Origin: Bdellovibrionota bacterium
GTDB taxonomy: Bacteria; Bdellovibrionota_C; UBA2361; CALJRW01
DNA: 64,000 nucleotides
Assembly (NCBI GenBank): GCA_041740355.1
Contig: JBGSMD010000011.1
Location: 1 to 64,000, forward strand
Direction: 5' to 3'
The stretch's first letter is position 1. Each line of letters opens with the position of its first letter. Positions 56,818-64,000 of this stretch are shown piece by piece. Made by a program: the position numbers and the translations under genes. Below the pieces are notes generated by a model. The model had not been told where the DNA came from and did not search any database. It saw only the letters and a list, made by a program, of their open reading frames with translations.

Positions 56818-59800
56818 CTACTGTTTATATTGCCACATACTATTAGTAAAGCTATCGACACCAGCAAGCGCTTTAAAGCGGTCGTTATATGCAAAAATCG
56901 CAGGATGATTCCAAGCATCTTTTTGTCCCATCAGTTCAGCTGCTAAAACTGTTCCTGCCATTGCTGGCCAGACTACGTGTCTGTAATATACTGCGCCGTC
57001 TTTTAAATGGAAGCGACTATCATCTTTGCTAGGCTCCCAATAATGTCTGATCCCCCAATCAGGTAAGCCAAATTGATCCTGAGTGTATGTTTTATTACCA
57101 AATTCTAAAACTCTTCCAATATCATTACTTTTATCGTGAGTGAAACGATCTCCAACAAAAAAAGTTTCAGTGTCTTCTTGAAAAATAGTTGGATTAGCTG
57201 CAAAAGCTTTTAGTTCAGTGCTATCTGGGTTGTTTCTACTAAGTGCCACAGCGGCAATAAATAGAGGAAATTTACGTCCACACATTTTCCCACCATTATG
57301 ATAAAAAGCTCCCCCATTTTTTAAATAGCCCATAATATCTATTCCAGCTTGGATAGTCTGAATAATTGCTTTCTCTTTTTCCGCATTTGAGTAATTTAAA
57401 TTTAACCACAAACCTACCTTGCCCCATTTCTGAGCGATTTCTCGACCATAAACTGAGGGCACTAATTGACCATTTTCATTAGCTAGTTCTCCAGCAATAT
57501 TTCTCCATGGAATTAGTAGACCTGCAAGTGGATTTGTATGCCATTCCCACCAGGGCAGAGCAGGTAATTTAGCTTCTATCTCAACTTTTGTAGGTGCTCC
57601 ATTTGGAATAGGTAATTTTTTAAATACATCATAATTAATCATGCTTTTGTTCCATCTAACACGACGGTCAGTCCCATATGGAGCGGGTCGAAAACTTCCT
57701 ATTGCTGGTTGGGTTGCTAAGACTGTTAAGACAGCAACGGTTTCATAATAGCGTGGGTATATCTGTGAGTTTGTTATTGAGGATACTAAAGCATCTCCAG
57801 CCTGAAGAACAAATGGAAATGATCTAGCTATGTTCAAGTCCTTATTATAGCTGATCGTATCAAATGTTGATGCAAAATTATCAAAGCCTTGCTTATTATC
57901 CCCAGCAACCGGATTTTTCATCGATCCGCTTGTAACAATTGGCGAGGTGATATTAGTTTTGGGATTAATATCCGTTATAGTCACAGGACCTAAAACCCAC
58001 GGCTCCCCATTTGCAAAAGTTCCCATAGGACGAGGACTAGTAAATGTCCAGGTAATGCCATAATGAGTTACGGTGGACACTGAGTGTCCGTAAACAATAC
58101 AAGAAGTATTGCCAGCGTTTACAAATCCTTCATTGCAGTATTTAACATTACAATCACTCCAACTGCTCCAACTACTGTTACTGCAAGTTCTTACTTGTTC
58201 ACCAGTACCATTAACCATCGGGCAACTTTTTGTATCATCACCAATACAACCTAAAACCGGAGTACTACTCGGTGTTGGAGTTGGGGTTGGGGTAGGAGGT
58301 GGTGGTGTTGGAAGAACAGGCGGAGTTGAAATTGATACAGGGTCAGAGAAATGGGTAATGTTCTGACTTCCAACAGGAGCAAAGTATCCAAAACGGTTTA
58401 ACGCCGAGATTGCACTTTGTGTTTCGCGAAAGGGGTAATTAGTTGCGATCTGAAATGATTGTCCAGTATTATTTTGAATTACTACTGAATAAATTTTATA
58501 AGCCAAATGCACATCCATGGTAACTTGGTATTGTTGACCAGCAACATAATTTACATTTTGAACTGCGGCATAAACATTTCCTTTTCTAGCATCAATAAAA
58601 CCGTTGCTATTAAACCTTAAAGTCGTCGCTAAGGAGTCATAACCAGTAGCATTGTTATTTGATAATCCTGTTAATGAATCAATATTATTGCTTAACGGAA
58701 TTGTCTTATAAGTAATTCTAAAACTACCAGTTTGATTGGTAATATTTTTATTCTTCCATAAATTTGAAGTTACAAGTTCTTCCCCCGGAGGTACTGAAGG
58801 TGCTGGGGTCACTGTCGGAGTTGGAGTAACTGTTGGTGTCGGGTTAACACCAGGCACTGTGAAAACTACTTCACTAAGACTACTAAAGGTGCTTGGATCA
58901 TTTTGATCATAAACATCCTTTCTGGCTCTTATCCAGAACCTATAGGTATTTCCAGCAACAACATTAAGGTTGTAAGAATTCCCTGTGTAGTTAAGTTCAA
59001 ACAATATATCTGTATTAGTGGTAATATTTACTGCTCCAAGTAGAAATTTCGTGTTGGAAGATTGCCAGTTAATAGTTACTAAATTTGTAACATTCTGCAG
59101 ATTAGGCGCAGATAATACTGGGACAGGAAGTTGTCCTGGAGTAGGTACAGGCGTGATGCTTGGAGTTGGTGTTGGTAGAGGTGTGTTAGTAGGATTAGGA
59201 GTTACTGATGGATTTGGAGATGGATTCGTTACAAGAGAATTTGTGGTAACCCTAACCTTTAGTACTGAGGAGTAATCAGATACTAAGTGAACATTTTGCA
59301 AATTCTTAAATGCTACAATCTTAACAAAATAATCAAAGTTAGAACTTAAATCAGATAGGATAACTTTATGATTATTAGTTTTTGCTACTTGTTGATAGCT
59401 TATTCCACCATCTTTGCTTAAATATACAATATAGCCATCAGCATTGCCTCCCCACTTAAGTTCTTTTGTGCTGTTAACAAAGCTAACTCCAGTTGGGGTA
59501 CTAGGACTACTCAAATCTTGTACTTCAGCACAGACTGACTCATAAGCCGTAGCTAAGAGCTGTCCGTAAGTTGTATAAAATAGCGCATATTCTTTAGCTA
59601 GCTGTGCTTTTAAGATCTCTTGATTTACTGTTTTAAGATTAGCCTTATTATCCTTTGCACGTATTTTCTGACGCTTAGCTTCTAACACTCTTAGTTGTTT
59701 CTCTACCTTCTTGGCAATCTTATTATCTGATAAATAAGTAATATAACTATTAATGGAATCGCTAATAGAATATCCCGTAGATTGGTGAGTAGGGTTTACT

Positions 59801-60285
59801 TGTGGTGTAGTTCCACAGGTTAAGATCTGATTATCAAGGAGTAACTTTACTCCTGATTCTAACTTACTTTTGTTGCCACCAAGCACTAAAGGCGGAAGGC
59901 ATTTTTTGGTAGTAGCTTGTGGCTCAACATTTAAAATCTTACCAACTAAGCTAGTAAAACTATCCTTGTTAAAATTCTTTAGTAGTTTAGTCTGAAAAGT
60001 ATTTATTCCATTAAAGATCTTCTTAGCTTCACCTGGTTTCTCAGCAGCTAGATCGATAAACTCATCTGTACAAATACTTAAATTATAGGCACTGGCTAAT
60101 TCAACAGAGGGTAATGTTATTTCAGTTAGTTCTGATTCTGCTTTAATTACTGCTGTGGTGTTTTGAAATAAGGAGAAATTCGGAGATCCAAGAAAGGATA
60201 ATAAACAAACTCCAATGATAAGTGTTAATGCTACCTGTAGTAGGTGATATTTAGTACCTGATATTTTCCTAGAAGAACTATTCAT
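56818..60285 (-). CDS. Large exported modular protein (fibronectin-III-like domains, Pro/Thr linkers, Cys-rich module, C-terminal globular domain)
   Basis: N-terminal TM/signal; PSTPTGVSF..W...Y..Y.VKIVA FN3-like; three PT-rich linkers; C..SWSSWSDC module. Confidence 0.7.
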   Translation of the reverse strand: MNSSSRKISGTKYHLLQVALTLIIGVCLLSFLGSPNFSLFQNTTAVIKAESELTEITLPSVELASAYNLSICTDEFIDLAAEKPGEAKKIFNGINTFQTKLLKNFNKDSFTSLVGKILNVEPQATTKKCLPPLVLGGNKSKLESGVKLLLDNQILTCGTTPQVNPTHQSTGYSISDSINSYITYLSDNKIAKKVEKQLRVLEAKRQKIRAKDNKANLKTVNQEILKAQLAKEYALFYTTYGQLLATAYESVCAEVQDLSSPSTPTGVSFVNSTKELKWGGNADGYIVYLSKDGGISYQQVAKTNNHKVILSDLSSNFDYFVKIVAFKNLQNVHLVSDYSSVLKVRVTTNSLVTNPSPNPSVTPNPTNTPLPTPTPSITPVPTPGQLPVPVLSAPNLQNVTNLVTINWQSSNTKFLLGAVNITTNTDILFELNYTGNSYNLNVVAGNTYRFWIRARKDVYDQNDPSTFSSLSEVVFTVPGVNPTPTVTPTPTVTPAPSVPPGEELVTSNLWKNKNITNQTGSFRITYKTIPLSNNIDSLTGLSNNNATGYDSLATTLRFNSNGFIDARKGNVYAAVQNVNYVAGQQYQVTMDVHLAYKIYSVVIQNNTGQSFQIATNYPFRETQSAISALNRFGYFAPVGSQNITHFSDPVSISTPPVLPTPPPPTPTPTPTPSSTPVLGCIGDDTKSCPMVNGTGEQVRTCSNSSWSSWSDCNVKYCNEGFVNAGNTSCIVYGHSVSTVTHYGITWTFTSPRPMGTFANGEPWVLGPVTITDINPKTNITSPIVTSGSMKNPVAGDNKQGFDNFASTFDTISYNKDLNIARSFPFVLQAGDALVSSITNSQIYPRYYETVAVLTVLATQPAIGSFRPAPYGTDRRVRWNKSMINYDVFKKLPIPNGAPTKVEIEAKLPALPWWEWHTNPLAGLLIPWRNIAGELANENGQLVPSVYGREIAQKWGKVGLWLNLNYSNAEKEKAIIQTIQAGIDIMGYLKNGGAFYHNGGKMCGRKFPLFIAAVALSRNNPDSTELKAFAANPTIFQEDTETFFVGDRFTHDKSNDIGRVLEFGNKTYTQDQFGLPDWGIRHYWEPSKDDSRFHLKDGAVYYRHVVWPAMAGTVLAAELMGQKDAWNHPAIFAYNDRFKALAGVDSFTNSMWQYKQ

Positions 60286-60449
60286 CGAACCAACCTTTAA
60301 ACACCTGCGTAGCGAAGATAACCAAAAAACTTAGGGACAAAAATATCCTGATATTTGTGGATGCAAATAATTTAAAAGCGATTCAAATCAAGAGGTTAGG
60401 AAAAGCCAAATTAGCCATTACTCGATATCAGTTTAGTAATAATACAAAT

Positions 60450-60586
60450 ATAGTAAGTCCAAAAAGTAATTTCCGAAGGATATTGCTTTTTGGGGTTTAC
60501 TATCCGCCGCAAGCGTAATAAAATCATATAGTTATGATAAAAATACCGTTTCAATATTCGGAAATTAGTTTTTGTCAGCACTATAT
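60450..60586. repeat. Dispersed hairpin repeat, copy 4
   Basis: ATAGTAAGTCCAAAAAGTAAT...ATTGCTTTTTGG...AATAAAATCATATAGTTATGATAAAAA...TTTTTGTCAGCACTATAT. Confidence 0.8.
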
Positions 60587-60714
60587 AATCTAGGATTTTA
60601 CAATTTTTTACCTAATTTTTGGGATATTAAGTGAGAAACTGAAAGTAGTAGGTATTACTTTCCATAAATCTAACAAAGATTAGTTTTCATTTTTGAGGCT
60701 TTCTTTTCTAATAT

Positions 60715-62235
60715 TTAGGCTAATAAACTTCTTCCTGTCATTACTTCTGGCTGCTTAAGTCCCATTAATTCTAAAACAGTAGGGGCGACATCGCCCAAAC
60801 AAGCATCTGCCAGCTGTTTAATATTTCTATTAGTATTAAATAGAATTACCGGTACTGGAAAAGTGGTATGTGCTGTGTGAGGACTTCCGTCCGCTTTGAT
60901 CATCTGCTCAGCGTTACCATGATCGGCAATAATTACAGCCTGACCATTCTTAGCTTTTAGTTCTACTAAGATTTCACCAAGACAGCTATCCACATACTCC
61001 ACTGCCTTAATTGCGGCTTCTAAAACTCCAGTATGTCCAACCATGTCGCAGTTCGCAAAGTTTACTACAATCAAATCGTAAGTCTCACTGCTAATCGCGT
61101 TTAAAACTGATTCTTTAACTTCCAAAGCACTCATCTCGGGCTTTAGATCGTAAGTCTTAACATCACGAGGAGATGGTTGTAGTGAGCGATATTCTTCTTT
61201 ATTGATCTCATCCGTTAGTCCATTAAAGAAGTAGGTTACGTGGGGATACTTCTCAGTTTCAGCAATTCTAATTTGTTTCAGGCCAGCATCCGCTACGACT
61301 TCTCCTAGGCTATGAGTAACGTTTTGTTGTTCAAAAAGAAAATTGAGTCCAAAATCTTTTTCATACTCTGTAAAGCAGAGTACTCTTTCCTTTTGAGGAA
61401 GAGAATTTTCTCTGGCAAAACCAGCAAAGTCTTCTAAGCACAATGCGCTAACAAGTTGCCGCATTCGATCTGCTCGAAAGTTCCAAAAGAGCACAGCACT
61501 ATCCGCAGCAATGCTTGGCGCATTATTAATAATGGCAGGTTCAATGAATTCATCAAAAATATCTTGGCTGTAAGATGTTTGAATAAAGTCTGAGGCTCTT
61601 TTAGCTTCTTGTCCTTCGCCACAAACATAACAGCGATATGCTTTTTCAGTTCTGTCCCAACGCTGGTCACGATCCATGCTGTGGTAACGTCCACAAACGG
61701 TAGCGATTTGTACTTGATTTTGGTTTCTTAACTTGTCTTCTAAATCACGGATTTGATCTAGTGATCTAGTAGGGGAAACATCACGACCGTCAGTAATTAA
61801 ATGAAGGTAGATTTTACCTTTAAATTCTTCTTTTAAGATTTCGATTAATTGAATTAAATGATCCTTATTAGAATGTACTCCACCATCGCTAAATAATCCC
61901 ACTAAATGAATATCACGCGCTGTTAATAAGCCATTAGCAAATCTTTGATAGTGGTTATTAGAGTTTAAATAGTTTTGGTTTAAGCGACGAGCGATTAGGA
62001 CTAGCCACTGCTCGATTACTCGACCCGCACCAATATTTAAATGTCCAACTTCTGAGTTGCCCATCTGTCCTGCGGGCAAACCAACTAATTCACCATGGGT
62101 TGTTAAAGTAGAGTTAGGTGAAGTTTTAAATAATTCATCGAGCGTGGGAGTCTTTGCAGCTTTGACGGCATTGCCATAGGTGTCAGGATTTAATCCCAGT
62201 CCATCAAGTACGCATAAAAGTGTAGTTTTTTTCAT
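60715..62235 (-). CDS. gpmI: 2,3-bisphosphoglycerate-independent phosphoglycerate mutase
   Basis: GLPAGQMGNSEVGHLNIGAGR, DGRD, AETEKYPHVT, NFANCDMVGHTG, ADHGNAE. Confidence 0.98.
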   Translation of the reverse strand: MKKTTLLCVLDGLGLNPDTYGNAVKAAKTPTLDELFKTSPNSTLTTHGELVGLPAGQMGNSEVGHLNIGAGRVIEQWLVLIARRLNQNYLNSNNHYQRFANGLLTARDIHLVGLFSDGGVHSNKDHLIQLIEILKEEFKGKIYLHLITDGRDVSPTRSLDQIRDLEDKLRNQNQVQIATVCGRYHSMDRDQRWDRTEKAYRCYVCGEGQEAKRASDFIQTSYSQDIFDEFIEPAIINNAPSIAADSAVLFWNFRADRMRQLVSALCLEDFAGFARENSLPQKERVLCFTEYEKDFGLNFLFEQQNVTHSLGEVVADAGLKQIRIAETEKYPHVTYFFNGLTDEINKEEYRSLQPSPRDVKTYDLKPEMSALEVKESVLNAISSETYDLIVVNFANCDMVGHTGVLEAAIKAVEYVDSCLGEILVELKAKNGQAVIIADHGNAEQMIKADGSPHTAHTTFPVPVILFNTNRNIKQLADACLGDVAPTVLELMGLKQPEVMTGRSLLA

Positions 62236-62273
62236 TTTTAATTATGATAATAAATATTAAAAGAAATATCTGA

Positions 62274-63596
62274 CTAAGGAGTTGAAAATTTTGCTGGAAG
62301 TTGCTCCCTAGTAAAAATAGTTTTATTTTCATCTGTGACCAAGGACTGATCTAGTTTGAAATCTGTTCCACTTAATTTAACCCAAAGCTTAGTTGCTTCT
62401 TGATGTTTACCTAGGCGGTTCAAGCAAATTCCTTTTAAGAAAGTATATTCCTTCTGCAGATTCTTTGTTAAGGATATCAAAGAGTGATCTTTAGCAAATA
62501 AGTCCAATGCCTTTTCGCTTTCTTCTACATTACCAAGAGCTAAATTAACTTTGATCAAATTTAATTCTGCTTGGGCTAGCTCTAAACCACTTAAGTTTTT
62601 TAGTGCTGCTTTTGTAGTAACTAATGCTTTATCAGAATGCCCTTGATCAATAAACATTTGAATTGCCTTGTTCCAATGATCTGGGTTTTTACTAATTTTA
62701 CTTGCTCGTAAGAATAATTCAGCAGACTCAAGATAATTCTGATTTTTCTCTTCTAGCTCCGCAATCGCTAATATTGCTAAGAGATAGTCTTTATATTTTT
62801 TAAGAAATTTTTGAAGTTCTTTAACTTGAGTTATTCTGCCATCTACTGTTTCCGGATAGGCATCAAAACGAATCTTTTGAAATTCCATTCTTGCTTTAAA
62901 CTCTTGATAGTCAGAAACATTGCCAAGTTCCACGGCACGTTCATTATATTCCAAGGCATCAGCTAATCGATTTATTTTTTCAGATAAATTGCGTGCTAAT
63001 AGAGCAGCCTTTTGGTTGGGGTGTTTTACAAGAATCAGTGCTAAGTTGTCTAAGGCAGCAGTATAGTTAGAATTGGCAATATTTAAATCTGCAGCTCGAA
63101 AGAGTACTTCCACATTTTCTGGAGCTGTCATTCTTGCCTGATCAATTCTTTTTAAAGCATCATTGGGTTTTCCTTGTTGTTCTAAGATTTTAGAAATTTC
63201 TACGTTACTTAAAACTTTTGAGGGGTCTAAGCTTAAGATTTTCTCCCAAATACTCTGTGCTTTAGTCCAATCTTTGGCTGCCATAGCTTCGCGAGCTTCT
63301 AGCATTGTCTTAATGAAGTTATCCCTTTTCTTAACATCATATTCGACAAACTTTCTCTGAATCATGCCACGAAGCATCATCCACGAAGTAAATATCCAAG
63401 CGAAGATAAATCCTAAGGAGAAGAAGCCGATGACAATAACACCTAAGTTAAAGTTTTCTAACTTTGTGCCGGATAGTAATCCAGGAATACTGGGAAGCAA
63501 GACAAAGTCGACTGCCGTCGAATTGGCGATAACGAGAAAAGCTACTATCGCAAATACTGAGATGATGGTGAGGATGAAAAGAGTTTTCTTGAACAT
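62274..63596 (-). CDS. LapA-like membrane domain plus tetratricopeptide-repeat protein
   Basis: Two N-terminal TMs (FLVIANSTAV...LGVIVIGFFSLGF) followed by multiple TPR-like helices. Confidence 0.7.
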   Translation of the reverse strand: MFKKTLFILTIISVFAIVAFLVIANSTAVDFVLLPSIPGLLSGTKLENFNLGVIVIGFFSLGFIFAWIFTSWMMLRGMIQRKFVEYDVKKRDNFIKTMLEAREAMAAKDWTKAQSIWEKILSLDPSKVLSNVEISKILEQQGKPNDALKRIDQARMTAPENVEVLFRAADLNIANSNYTAALDNLALILVKHPNQKAALLARNLSEKINRLADALEYNERAVELGNVSDYQEFKARMEFQKIRFDAYPETVDGRITQVKELQKFLKKYKDYLLAILAIAELEEKNQNYLESAELFLRASKISKNPDHWNKAIQMFIDQGHSDKALVTTKAALKNLSGLELAQAELNLIKVNLALGNVEESEKALDLFAKDHSLISLTKNLQKEYTFLKGICLNRLGKHQEATKLWVKLSGTDFKLDQSLVTDENKTIFTREQLPAKFSTP

Positions 63597-64000
63597 TGCA
63601 GTGTAAGCTAAATTTATCTGCCTGATTTATAGCCTACTTTTACAAAGTTGGGTATCTTTTCAGGTGAGCCTTCAGCCTTGGCCTATCTCGAAAGAAAATT
63701 GGTTAAAATACTCGCAGTAATATGTGAAGCCCTGTTTTAATTATATTTTTTTAATTAGACCTAAGCTCAAATTTTAAACGCAGGGAGTGATTGAAAGAGA
63801 TTCAGCCTAGGGCTCAATTGATATTAAAAGTTGATATAAATTAATATAAAACCAATATTTTTAGGTAGTTAAGACTAATCGAGTAGCAATCAAGGTTGAT
63901 TACTTAATCATCAAGATATCTTTAAAGGAAGAGATGAAGCTAGTAAAAACGTTTTTATAATCTTCATTAAATTCAGCTACACGGGCAGTAGTTTCAGCAG

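Noticed and set aside
5013-63606. Short ORFs nested in or antisense to long genes (e.g. 5013, 10430, 19334, 38249, 40238, 53213, 58109, 63364)
   Set aside because: They are shadows of well-supported genes with no independent motifs.

Overview
An AT-rich bacterial chromosomal window from a diderm organism (TolC, Omp85 barrel, LapA/TPR protein); the gene content is loosely consistent with a Bdellovibrionota/deltaproteobacteria-like lineage, which is inference only. Housekeeping genes (lipA, lipB, lpdA, two 2-oxoacid dehydrogenase E2 genes, xseAB, mazG, comF, nuoA, RluA family, rsmD, gpmI, tRNA-Cys, tRNA-Arg) are interleaved with many orphan genes. The main candidate for an undescribed system is at 28.7-34.4 kb. 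It starts with a ~135-nt GC-enriched structured RNA, closed by a perfect 10-bp inverted repeat and beginning just after a TATAAT box. Next comes a stand-alone group-II-like reverse transcriptase with atypical motifs (PTG, FGDD), overlapping a 737-aa multipass membrane protein. The last gene is a signal-peptide-bearing phospholipase-D-superfamily protein. A ~140-bp three-hairpin dispersed repeat occurs four times in the window, once in the RT leader. Other notable items are a TamB-Omp85 fusion, a 76-bp tandem/palindrome array behind tRNA-Cys, an ABC permease without ATPase in a type I secretion-like cluster, a frameshifted HigB toxin, a P1B-ATPase with RPC in place of SPC, and a helical-repeat RAP-domain protein. 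All calls are by-eye motif recognition; no database searches or folding programs were run.
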